From the NCBI GenBank assembly GCA_016235345.1, contig JACRLG010000028.1:1-64000 (forward strand): 64,000 nt of DNA, written 5' to 3'. Of this stretch, positions 8,123 to 18,002 are shown piece after piece. The notes beneath the pieces are model-generated. The model was not told the DNA's origin and made no database searches. It saw only the letters and a program-made list of their open reading frames with translations. Numbering within the stretch: the first letter of the stretch is position 1; the number at the start of each line of letters is the position of its first letter. A program made the position numbers and the translations under genes. Source of the stretch: Deltaproteobacteria bacterium. GTDB lineage: Bacteria; Desulfobacterota; Desulfobacteria; Desulfobacterales; Desulfatibacillaceae.

Positions 8123-10117
8123 TTACGATTCTCCCCCGCTTTCGGCCTGATCTCCCTTGATCTTGTTGGCGAAAAAGCCCGTGAGCACCGCCGCCAGACC
8201 CTCTATGGCCCCTCCGCCGCCCGAAGCCCCCCCCGCCTGAACCTGGGGCACTATGGAAATCTGGTTTTCCGCAAGGGTCCGTATGACGTTTATAAGGGCC
8301 GTGCCGTCGCGCCCCATCGCCTTCACCTGCTCCTCGTAGCCCTTGGCCTGGGCTAGCCCCGTGGCCTCCACCTCGGCGGCCTTGGCCCTGCCCGTCTCCC
8401 TTATGTAATAGGCCTCGCCGTCAGCCTGGGCAGTGCGCGCCCTCGCGTTGTTCTCGTTGACCTTTATTCCGATCTCAGAGCCTATCAGTTCCTTTTGCTT
8501 GTCGGCCCTGGCCCCGGAGCTTTCCCTGGCCACCCTTTCGTCCTCGGCGAGCTTTTCCTGCTTGTAGGTCTCTATCTGCTGCGCCGCAATTTCACGATCC
8601 TGCAAAACCTTCACGAGTTCAGCCGGAAAAACGACGTCCTGGATATATACGCCCCTGGTTTCAACCTCGTACTTGCCAAGATGCATGGTCACGTGCTCGG
8701 ATGCCTGCCTCTGAACCTCTTGGCGGGTGGAGATGAAATCCACAGCAGCCAGGGTCTGGAGCTTATCCCTCATGTGGTTTCCCACGGCGGCCTGCAAGAC
8801 CTCGTTCACAAGGTTTTGCATTGTTCCCACCATGGAGATTATCTTCGGGGCCTTGGTATCCGGCACGTGAATCTGGACCTGCAGATCGATCTTGAAAACA
8901 AAGCCCTCCTTGCTCTTGGCCTCGATCTGGGAAAGTTTGGAATCAAGGTTGTGCGCCGCAGATGTCGCCGCCGCCCAGTTTAAGGTAAGAATGGAAGTGG
9001 GGACTATCTCAACTTTGTAGCAGCGCGGATTGATGGGGAATTTGCCTGTTCTGAGCGGTTCCTGCCAGATTCCCCTGTGACCGGGGCGCACCAGGGAGCC
9101 GAACTTGAAATTTTCACCGGAGGTGTCCTTGGTGGCCTGGCCCACGTAGGATTTCACAACCGCAACCTGCCCCTGCTGGACCACTGTCATGGGCACAGTT
9201 TCCACCTTCACCAAAAAGGGATTCAAGGCATAGGCCCCGTACATCAAGACGTCGTATTGAAGCCCTATGCGGCCTCCGTTATCGAGAAAAGCCTGGAAAT
9301 CCTGATAGTTGTTATGGAGATCGTTCTTGTTGCCCAAAAGAACCTCTATTAGCTGGGCGTCCGATTTTTCCTCCCTTTCCAGGGTTTCCATGTCATCGAA
9401 ACCGCCCAGTCGGCCTGCGATATCCCCGGACGGCAGAGGATTTCCCTCGAACACGGTGACGATTCCTATAACGTCCGTCACCTCGCCGGGATTGCCGTCT
9501 TTCTGGGGTTCGATGACGGTGAGCCTGAATCGCGCCGGTTCTATTCCAAAGGCGTCCGGGCTTAGATGGCCGTCTCTGGAGGTCCCGGCCCTCAGTTCCT
9601 CGGAAATGGGCACTCCGTAAACGTTATCGGCTGTAACCACCAGGAAAGCCACCGGGTGTATGGGAATCGTTGAACCGGGGGAAAGGACCGGCCTTTGTAT
9701 GCCTTTTTGGCCGCCGTTATTAATGAAGGTGTTGACGTTTCTGAAATCGCCGAACTCCCGCTTGTATTGGGCGGACTTGGCCCCGATGGGAAGCTCGGAG
9801 CCCACCTGGGCTATGACAACCCCTATCTGGCCTGCCGGGACCTGCACCCAGGGATGCTTTTCAACGGCGTACACCGGCCAGAGCATGAACCGGAGGCCCG
9901 GCATTAGAAGCTCGGCCTGATACCCCGCCTCGCCGTTGAACGCTATGGGGTTGTCTCCTTCCAGTTTTTTGACCGCCACGCGCTTAATGACGAGTCCTAT
10001 CTCGTTTTCCCCGATGTTGTGAAGGGAGCGCGAGGTTATGATGTGGGCCGCAATGCAAAGAGCGGCAAAGCAGATCACTATTATGCCAAGCGGGGAAAAC
10101 AGGAAGGAAAGGCTCAT
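8123..10117 (-). CDS. Flotillin-family SPFH/band-7 protein.
   Basis: 664 aa. N-terminal TM segment, SPFH domain and a long coiled-coil Ala/Glu-rich C-terminus typical of flotillin (YqiK/FloT-like). Confidence 0.85.
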   Translation of the reverse strand: MSLSFLFSPLGIIVICFAALCIAAHIITSRSLHNIGENEIGLVIKRVAVKKLEGDNPIAFNGEAGYQAELLMPGLRFMLWPVYAVEKHPWVQVPAGQIGVVIAQVGSELPIGAKSAQYKREFGDFRNVNTFINNGGQKGIQRPVLSPGSTIPIHPVAFLVVTADNVYGVPISEELRAGTSRDGHLSPDAFGIEPARFRLTVIEPQKDGNPGEVTDVIGIVTVFEGNPLPSGDIAGRLGGFDDMETLEREEKSDAQLIEVLLGNKNDLHNNYQDFQAFLDNGGRIGLQYDVLMYGAYALNPFLVKVETVPMTVVQQGQVAVVKSYVGQATKDTSGENFKFGSLVRPGHRGIWQEPLRTGKFPINPRCYKVEIVPTSILTLNWAAATSAAHNLDSKLSQIEAKSKEGFVFKIDLQVQIHVPDTKAPKIISMVGTMQNLVNEVLQAAVGNHMRDKLQTLAAVDFISTRQEVQRQASEHVTMHLGKYEVETRGVYIQDVVFPAELVKVLQDREIAAQQIETYKQEKLAEDERVARESSGARADKQKELIGSEIGIKVNENNARARTAQADGEAYYIRETGRAKAAEVEATGLAQAKGYEEQVKAMGRDGTALINVIRTLAENQISIVPQVQAGGASGGGGAIEGLAAVLTGFFANKIKGDQAESGGES

Positions 10118-10592
10118 TTAGATTTCCTCTTCGTTAACCGGTTATAAGACACCATCCCGAAGATATTGAAACTCACCGTCAATGCCCGCGCGACAGCAGG
10201 TGATCAATCATTCGCGTCCTTGCATTATGCTTTCAGGACGAAAACGTCAGGACATACATACTTCTTGCCTGTTCCCGTGCCCGTTTGAACCGGCAAGAGC
10301 GCGGTAGCAATTTTGTTTCAAGATATCAGCGCCTACCATATTCGACATGTTTATCGCAACATTTTCAGCGTAAATCGTCTGGCGGGCTTCGAGGGAAGGC
10401 GGGGTGTGCTTGCTTTGGGGCGGACGGCTGGCAAGGCCTGACGTGTGACGATCTGTAAAGCGGGTCCTGATCCTTAAACAAAAGCGACGGATCAAAGCCT
10501 TATCCGTAATTCTTCCTGTTGCGCTCCATGCTTCTTCTTCCTTTCCTTCATTTTTTTTCATGACCATGAAACTTACATTTTCAGGAAGCCTG

Positions 10593-10838
10593 CTATTGGT
10601 TGCCGTAGCCGTTAAGTTGTGAGCATTCCGGGCACTGCCACTGGATGCCGTTGCAGCTTAGGGTCCAGAAATTCTCGTCCATGCAGGGCTGGCACATGGC
10701 GAACCCGCACCGGCAGGTCCAGCAGAAAAGGTATTCCTTTTTGCACAACTGGCAGACCCGGTTCCTGGCCCGCCTGCCGGGCCGCCCCTTTTCCGCCCTG
10801 ACCGGCGAAACCTCGTCTTTTGGCCTGTTTTCGTCCAT
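10593..10838 (-). CDS. Small Cys-rich zinc-ribbon protein.
   Basis: Four CxxC-type pairs (CQLC, CWTCRC, CQPC, CPEC). GGAGG lies 9 nt upstream of the internal ATG at 10838. The longer TTG-start ORF to 10940 is less likely. Confidence 0.45.
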   Translation of the reverse strand: MDENRPKDEVSPVRAEKGRPGRRARNRVCQLCKKEYLFCWTCRCGFAMCQPCMDENFWTLSCNGIQWQCPECSQLNGYGNQ

Positions 10839-10974
10839 TCCGTCATCCTCCAAGCGCCCTGCCCTCCTGTTTGAGCCCTTCCGCATCGCGTTCTTGAGAT
10901 TGCAGACAATAGATGATAGGAATTTTGGAATCAACCGCAAGTATTACGCACCCCAAAATAGCGAGCCCCAATTC

Positions 10975-13624
10975 ATGCCCCAGTCATTTTACATCATAGA
11001 CGGATCCGCCTTCATCCACCGGGCCTATCACGCGGTGCGCGGGCTTTCCACATCGAAGGGCTTTCCCACAAACGCGATTTTCGCCTATACCCGGATGCTC
11101 CTGGCGCTCATGCGCGACAAGCGCCCGGATTACGCCGTGGTGGTTTTCGACGCCAAAGGCCCCACGTTCCGGCACGAAATGTACGAGGCATACAAGGCCA
11201 ACCGGCCGCCCATGGACCCGGAACTTGCCATGCAGGTCCCCTACGTGCGCACCATCACCGGGGCGCTTTCCATTCCATACATCGAACTCATAGGCTTCGA
11301 GGCCGACGATATCGCCGGAACCCTTGGGAAACAGGCCCTTGGCCACGGCCTTGACGTGGTTTACGTAACCGGCGACAAGGATTTTCTTCAGCTTGCCGCC
11401 CCCGGCGTTTCGATAATGGACCCCATGAAGGAGACCTTCAAGGATTACGGGACGATCAAATCCGAGCTTGGCTTCGAGCCCGCGCGTTTCCGGGACGTGC
11501 TGGCCCTTTGGGGGGACAGTTCCGACAACATTCCGGGCGTTCCGGGAATCGGCGAAAAAACCGCGATGGCGCTTATAAAGGAATTCGGAAGCCTTGAAGG
11601 TGTTTACGAAAACCTCGACAAGATCACCAAAAAGAAGCAGAAGGAAAACCTTGAATCAAGCCGGGAAAACGCGTTTTTGAGCCTTAAACTCGCAACCATC
11701 GATACCAATGTTCCGGTGGAGTTTTCGCGGCAATCCCACAAGCCGGGGGAGCCTGACCGGGAAAAACTCGCGCCGGTTTTCGAGGAGCTGGAGTTTTCAA
11801 AGCTCGCTGCGGAATTTGCGGTGATGGCGGAAACGCCGCCCGCCCCCGTCCTCCCCCCGCCGGAATACGTGAGCATCACCGACGAGGACGCCCTTACGGC
11901 CCTTGCCGCCGAGCTTTCCCGATGCGCCGAGTTTAGCCCTGGTGGGCATCAGCCTCGCCACCGGCCCGGGCCGGGGGTGGTACGTCCCGGTGGATCACAC
12001 GGCCCTTGCCGCCCCCAGGCAGGCGGGCCTTGAAAGCGCTCGCCGGATTCTCGGCCCGGTATTTGCCGACCCGCGCATCAAAAAGGTGGGCCAGAACATC
12101 AAGTACGATCTCATCGTGCTGGTTCGACACGGTTTTAAAGTGGAAAACATAGCCTTCGACACCATGATCGCCTCCTACCTCTTAAATCCCTCCTCCCGCG
12201 CCCACGGCCTGGACAGGCTTGCCTCCGACCTTCTGGGCCACAGGATGATCCCTTACGAGGAGGTGGCCGGAAAGGGCAAGGGGGAGGTAGGCTTCGACCA
12301 CGTGCCCGTAAAGGAGGCCACCGCATATTCGGGCGAGGACGCGGACATCACATTGCAGATCAAGGAAAAGCTCGCGCCCATGCTGGAGGCCGAGGGCCTT
12401 TCAAGCCTTTTCGCGGAAGTGGAAATGCCCCTGGTGAGGGTTCTGGCGGATATCGAGATGAAGGGGATAAGGGTTGACACCGATCATCTGAAAACCCTGT
12501 CCCGCGAGTTCGAGGCGGAGATGAAAACCGTGGAAGCCGCGATTTTCGGGCTTGCCGGAGGCCCCTTCAACATCGCCTCGCCCCAGCAGCTCGGCCACGT
12601 GCTCTTTGAAAAGCTGGGCCTGCCCACCCAGAAAAAGACCAAGAAGAAAACCGGCTACTCCACCGACGCGGCGGTTCTGGAGCAGCTTGCGCCCAGCCAC
12701 GAGCTTCCGGCCCAGGTGCTGCGCTACCGGACTCTCGCCAAGCTCAAATCCACCTACGCCGACGCCCTTCTTTCCCTGGTGAACCCGCATACGGGCCGGG
12801 TCCACACTTCCTTCAACCAGAACGTGGCCGCCACGGGCCGCCTTTCAAGCTCGGACCCCAACCTCCAGAACATCCCCATCCGCACAAAGGAAGGCCGACG
12901 CATCCGCGAAGCCTTCATACCGGAAAAGGGAATGGTGATGTTTTCGGCTGACTACTCCCAGATCGAGCTACGAGTCCTGGCCCACTGCTCGAACGACCCG
13001 GTTCTGATCGACTCCTTCAAAAAAAACGAGGACGTGCACACCCGCACGGCAAGCGAAATTTTCGACCTCGACCCGGCCTTTGTGACGGGTGAGATGCGCC
13101 GGCAGGCGAAAAGCATCAACTTCGGCCTCATCTACGGCATGGGGGCGTTCAAGCTCTCAAACGAGCTTGGAATCAGCCAGTCGCTTGCCAAGCGCTACAT
13201 CGAGCGCTACTTTTTAACGTACCAGGGCGTGAAACGCTTCATGGACCTTTCCATCGAAACCGCGCGGGCCACCGGGAAAACCACCACCCTCATAGGCCGC
13301 ATCCGGCGTCTGCCCGCCATAAACGGCAAGGACCGGGTGGAGCGCGAGGCGGCGGAGCGCATAGCCATCAACACCCCCATCCAGGGAACGGCGGCGGACA
13401 TCATAAAAATCGCAATGATCCGGGTTCAGAACGCCCTTATCGAACGGAAGATGAAAACCGCCATGCTGCTTACGGTTCACGACGAGCTTGTTTTCGAGGC
13501 CCCGCCGGATGAACTTTTAGAGGCGAAAAGCCTTGTGCGGGATTTGATGGAAGGGGCGATGGAGCTTCTGGTGCCGCTAACCGTCAACATGGCCGAGGGC
13601 GAAAACTGGGCAGAGGCGCATTGA
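10975..13624 (+). CDS. polA: DNA polymerase I, interrupted by an apparent frameshift near 11905-11935 (5'-3' exo in frame 1; 3'-5' exo-like and polymerase domains in frame 2).
   Basis: N-terminus MPQSFYIIDGSAFIHRAYHA at ATG 10975. The downstream frame carries KVGQNIKYD, RVHTSFNQNVAATGRLSSSDPNLQNIP, QIELRVLAH and VHDELVFE, collinear with E. coli PolI. The two frames overlap at 11903-12033. Confidence 0.85.
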
Positions 13625-13639
13625 GGGGCAGGGTCGGCT

Positions 13640-16560
13640 CGACTCTTGAGTTTTTCTATCTAATCTGCAGCTTCTGAATATATATTATAATCTAACGCAT
13701 CGTCAATTCGAGAATTTAAGATATCAAGCTCATCTTTGGCTTTATTTCGATCATGAATTCCAACATCTGTATCATGTATAATTTGATGTAATATCCTACA
13801 TCTCAATTTTTGATGTACCATTATATCTTTACCTTCAATTATACGCCAGTATCTTGAAGCTTCTTTCCAGTTTTCTTTAGAAACATATAATTTACATTTT
13901 AATCCGTTGACAACATCCTTTTTATCAGGCCTCGGACCAAATTTTTTTTCAATTTTTTCAATCAGATTTTGTGCCTCATCATATTTAGAAAGTTCTATAT
14001 ATATGTCAGCTAGATTTGACAAATTCTCAAATCTAGGAGTATATTGCATTGATGTTTTCTCAGCGAAACTTAACGCTTCCTCATAAAAGCCTTTTGAAGA
14101 ATAAAATATCGACATTCTATGATTATAACTACTATCGTCGCCAGCGCGTTTTAATAAATCTAATTTTTCAATTGCTTTATCATATTGCCCGAGCTTAATA
14201 TATATTAGAGCTGATAAATCGAGAAGTAATGGGTTTTCAGCCTTTTGGCCTTTAATGCTTTCAATCGTATTTTTTGCATCTTTAATGCGTCCTGATGCTA
14301 TAAGTGTATGAATTAAACCATGATAAGTAGCAACAGATCTATTTCCTGCATCTATTGCATGCTTAAAATATTTCGACGCTGCTTCGAATTCGTATCTCTT
14401 CCAATGAAAAAAACCTTTTAAATAAAGACAGTCATCAAATTTTTTATCACAAATAATTTGTAAAAGTTTTTTTGCATTATCCCATTCAGCCAGTCTAATA
14501 TAGGTTTTACATAATAATGATGCTGCCTTTCGATTGTATTCTTGTATTTTTAATACATTTTCTAATAAATTTTTAGCAATTATCCATTCTTTTTGTCCAC
14601 CGATATTGTAATAATCCCTTGCATTTCTCAGCAACATTGATGGAATAACAAAAGATTTGAAATCATCATTAATTCCTTTTTCTGATCTTATACTTGCTTG
14701 TATCGTACAATCAATTACATCCATTCTTGGCGATGTATTGATTATATCCCATATGTTTGTTTTCAAATTTGATAATATTTCATTATATTTTTCAGGGCTA
14801 ATTCTACCTAACACTCTATTAACAGTAGATTTTATTGGTGATGCAATTATAAATGTTTCTTCTAATGCATAAATTAAGCAAAAATTAATAAGCTTTTTAA
14901 TAATTTCGGTTAATCTTTCGGTTTTAAAGCGTGATATTATCTGCAGTGTTTGATAGCTTATAGCTGAATTTTCGGCGATATATTTTAATATAAATTTTTC
15001 ATCTTCATGTAGAATTAATTTTTCAATTATTGGCGCATAAGCTTTGATTTGCAGATTAGATAAAAATTGTTTATCATTAAATAAAACCTCGACAGTGTAT
15101 TGTTTTGCATAAGCTACTGATAGTGATACAGCAGGTGGAAATCCAGCCATGTAATATGATAGTTCTTGAATTTGTTCTTCATCTAGAGCGATATTCGCAT
15201 CTTTAAACAATAAAAAAATTAAGGTTTTGGTATTTTCTAAATCAATAGGCGGAACTTTTAAATATATGGGGTCTAAAAAACTCCAATCTTTATCTTCAAT
15301 AGTTGGTCTGAATTGATGAATTACAGCAAAATATTTTTCTTTATATTTTGATAAACTTTTAAAAAGTTGTATAGCTTCATTAGTATATCTAGATAGCGAA
15401 TCTGTTAATGCTCCATTGTCAATAATTGTAGGCAATTCATTTTTTCCAGATGTCGATGTAAGCAATAAAGCAATTTCATTTATTTGATCTTTTAAATTAA
15501 GTTTTCGAAATCTATTCATTTCACTATTAATTTGATCTTTTGAGTATAATTCACCTGATTCATCGATTAATGCCATATATAAACTGTCCATCCCATCATC
15601 TGGGTCTAACACTATCTGTGGACCAAGATTTTGCGAAATAATGTCTTTGGCTACTTTTGTCAAAAATGTTCTTCTGCCTACATTGGGTAAGCCACCAAGT
15701 ATAATTAAATTTTCATATTCATGGCCAATTCTTTTTCGCAAACTTGCCGAAAATGAATCTTGTAAATTTGATCTACCAAGACATTTAAATGTTTTTCCCA
15801 TATCCAGTAATCTATTTAAACTTGATTCAATTATTCTTGATGCTCTACCAGGGTTCGTAACTTTTTCAATTATTATATGTTTCATCCATTCTGGAATATT
15901 ATCAATTTCTGTATCATCAATTATTATTACAATTGCTTTCTTAATAATATTTAATGAATACAACTCTTGAGCATAGTTTATTTCAAAGTTTACCCAAGAT
16001 GATTGCAATGAATTTTTACTAGCTAATAAAACGAAAATGCTGGTCTCTTTAAGTTTTGAACGAATTTCATCAATCAATAATTGACCAGTTTCAAAACAAT
16101 ATTCATCGAGAATAATATTGCGACGCTTTAATCTGTTAGCCAAGGTTTCAACAAATGCCTTTTCTTTTTTTGAATGACACAAAAAAGCTCTCATGATTTA
16201 GCTCCTTATAGGCTTTTTTTGTCTATTTCAGCTTATCAATTGCCGTTTTGGCCATAGACATATCCCACAATGAGATAAGGAGGTCAACTTGTCGGCAAGG
16301 TCCTCGAATTCGATAAGTTAAACTTCAAATTAGACTCTCAAGCTTCCTTCCTTTCCGGTTATGATTATGGAACGATTTCGTACAGATGTTTCTATCCTAT
16401 TTTGTTCCAACTCGCTTTTCCAATAACTATTTTATACTAAGGATTTTTTTGAATATCAAGTCCCAACTGTATCCTGAAAAATTTTCTGTGTGGGGGAACC
16501 ACCTTAAAAATCCTCTTGCAATTATTTTGAAGCTCGTTTACTCTTTGAACCGGATTCAAT
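13640..16560. mobile_element. AT-rich (about 30% GC) single-gene defence islet.
   Basis: Sharp compositional discontinuity against the roughly 60% GC flanks. It contains only the TIR-STAND-TPR gene plus about 350 bp of AT-rich upstream sequence. Confidence 0.5.
13660..16194 (-). CDS. TIR domain - STAND (NB-ARC/NACHT-like) NTPase - TPR repeat protein (bacterial NLR-like antiphage class).
   Basis: N-terminus AFLCHSKKEKAFVETL...IFVLLASKNSLQSSWVNFEINYA matches bacterial TIR. A P-loop-like ILGGLPNVGRRTFLTKVA follows, then a C-terminal series of TPR-like helical repeats. Confidence 0.85.
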   Translation of the reverse strand: MRAFLCHSKKEKAFVETLANRLKRRNIILDEYCFETGQLLIDEIRSKLKETSIFVLLASKNSLQSSWVNFEINYAQELYSLNIIKKAIVIIIDDTEIDNIPEWMKHIIIEKVTNPGRASRIIESSLNRLLDMGKTFKCLGRSNLQDSFSASLRKRIGHEYENLIILGGLPNVGRRTFLTKVAKDIISQNLGPQIVLDPDDGMDSLYMALIDESGELYSKDQINSEMNRFRKLNLKDQINEIALLLTSTSGKNELPTIIDNGALTDSLSRYTNEAIQLFKSLSKYKEKYFAVIHQFRPTIEDKDWSFLDPIYLKVPPIDLENTKTLIFLLFKDANIALDEEQIQELSYYMAGFPPAVSLSVAYAKQYTVEVLFNDKQFLSNLQIKAYAPIIEKLILHEDEKFILKYIAENSAISYQTLQIISRFKTERLTEIIKKLINFCLIYALEETFIIASPIKSTVNRVLGRISPEKYNEILSNLKTNIWDIINTSPRMDVIDCTIQASIRSEKGINDDFKSFVIPSMLLRNARDYYNIGGQKEWIIAKNLLENVLKIQEYNRKAASLLCKTYIRLAEWDNAKKLLQIICDKKFDDCLYLKGFFHWKRYEFEAASKYFKHAIDAGNRSVATYHGLIHTLIASGRIKDAKNTIESIKGQKAENPLLLDLSALIYIKLGQYDKAIEKLDLLKRAGDDSSYNHRMSIFYSSKGFYEEALSFAEKTSMQYTPRFENLSNLADIYIELSKYDEAQNLIEKIEKKFGPRPDKKDVVNGLKCKLYVSKENWKEASRYWRIIEGKDIMVHQKLRCRILHQIIHDTDVGIHDRNKAKDELDILNSRIDDALDYNIYSEAAD

Positions 16561-16656
16561 AAATGAACTTAATTTCACTTCGGCGGTTTCCTCTGTCCCC
16601 CAAAACAGGCGGAAAGCCGCCCTCACCGCTTTTCCATAATTAATCCCGGAGGCGTC

Positions 16657-17799
16657 ATGGACTTTCAATTCACCAAGGATCAGTTGATGTTCAAGGAGGA
16701 GGTCATCCGCTTCGCAAAAAAGGAGATCGTCCCCCGCGTTCAGGAACACGACCTTAAAAACGAGTTCGATTTCGAATCCTTCCGCAAAATGGGCGAGTTC
16801 GGCATTCTTGGCCTGCATTTCCCCGAGGAACTGGGCGGCCAGGGCGCGGACGTGATCACCACGGTGCTGGCTGGCGAAGCATTGGGGGAAGCGGGCGTTG
16901 ACGGCGGACTCACCCTGGCCTACGGCGCACATACCTTTTTATGCGCGGACACCCTCTTCCGCCACGGAAACGACGCCCAGCGCAAAAAATACATCCCGAA
17001 ACTCGCAAGCGGCGAGTGGATAGGCTGCATGGGCCTCACCGAGCCGGGCGCGGGGAGCGACGTGGCCTCCATGACATCCACCGCCGAAAAACGGGACGGC
17101 AAATACATTTTAAACGGCAACAAGATGTTCATCACCAACGGCCCCATTGCAGACGTGGCCGTGGTCTACGCCAAGACCGACCCGGCGGCCCACCACGCGG
17201 GAATCTCTGCCTTCATCATCGAAAAAGGGACCCCCGGATTTTCCGCAGGCCCGCCCCTCATCAAAATGGGCGTTCACACGTCCCAGACCTCGGAACTCAT
17301 AATGCAGGACTGCGCCATCCCGGAGGAAAACCTCCTTGGCCAGGAAGGCATGGGCTTTCTGATGGCAATGGGCACCGTTGAATGGGACCGCTCGGCGCTT
17401 CTTGCCCCCTTCATAGGCTCCGGGGCGTATCTCCTTAAAAAATGCACCCGCTACGCCAAGGACCGCGTGCAGTTCGGCAGGCCCATCGGCCAGTTCCAGG
17501 CCACCAAGCACAAGCTCGCCAACATCCGCATAATGCTGGAAGCGGCCAAGGCCCTTGTTTACCGCATCGCCTGGTGCAAGAACACGGGAAAGCCCTTAAA
17601 TCACCTGGAAGCCGCAGTGGCCAAGCTCTTTGCGGGCGACTGGACCCTAAATCCCATGAACGACGCCATGCTCCTTTTCGGCGGCTACGGCTACTGCCAC
17701 GAGTACGACGTGGAGCGCTGCTTCCGGGACAGCCGCCTCGCCCCCATCGGCGGCGGCACCAGCGACATCCAGAAGATGATCATCTCAAAGATGCTGTAG
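16657..17799 (+). CDS. Acyl-CoA dehydrogenase.
   Basis: 380 aa ACAD fold (N-terminal helical, beta and C-terminal helical regions, e.g. GCMGLTEPGAGSDV, FGGYGYCHEYDVERCFRDSRL). Confidence 0.9.
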   Translation: MDFQFTKDQLMFKEEVIRFAKKEIVPRVQEHDLKNEFDFESFRKMGEFGILGLHFPEELGGQGADVITTVLAGEALGEAGVDGGLTLAYGAHTFLCADTLFRHGNDAQRKKYIPKLASGEWIGCMGLTEPGAGSDVASMTSTAEKRDGKYILNGNKMFITNGPIADVAVVYAKTDPAAHHAGISAFIIEKGTPGFSAGPPLIKMGVHTSQTSELIMQDCAIPEENLLGQEGMGFLMAMGTVEWDRSALLAPFIGSGAYLLKKCTRYAKDRVQFGRPIGQFQATKHKLANIRIMLEAAKALVYRIAWCKNTGKPLNHLEAAVAKLFAGDWTLNPMNDAMLLFGGYGYCHEYDVERCFRDSRLAPIGGGTSDIQKMIISKML

Positions 17800-17804
17800 A
17801 GGCC

Positions 17805-17912
17805 GCCTCAAAACGCGATCTGCTGTGTTGTGCTCAAAGCCAATTCCGTCACGTACGAAAAGTACGCTTGACTCATTGGCTTATCGCACGCCTTGCAGCT
17901 CATCGTTTTGAG
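17805..17912 (+). repeat. Intergenic palindromic repeat element, copy A (subfamily 1).
   Basis: Shares ..AAAACGCGA.., the AAGCCAATTCCGYCACGTACGAAAAGTACGCTTGACTCATTGGCTT hairpin core and ..CATCGTTTT.. with copies C, E and F. Confidence 0.7.
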
Positions 17913-18002
17913 ACAGCCTCTACGGGCGGCGCATTTGAACATCTTGGTGGGCTCTTTGAACAGGCGGGAGCCGAACCGAAGCAAATATAAAGGAGCAATA
18001 AC

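Noticed and set aside
10247-10567. 106-aa minus-strand ORF in the flotillin upstream region.
   Set aside because: Lies in the long 5' leader or promoter region of the flotillin gene. It has a biased low-complexity translation and no RBS, so is more likely non-coding (possibly regulatory).
10645-10974. N-terminal 110-aa extension of the polA ORF in the ORF track.
   Set aside because: PolI homology begins at MPQSFYIIDGS (ATG 10975). The upstream region is better explained by the convergent Cys-rich zinc-ribbon gene on the minus strand, which has a GGAGG RBS.
13625-13660. Possible terminator hairpin between convergent polA and the TIR gene.
   Set aside because: Only a 4-bp stem (GTCG/CGAC) before a T-run, which is too weak to call.
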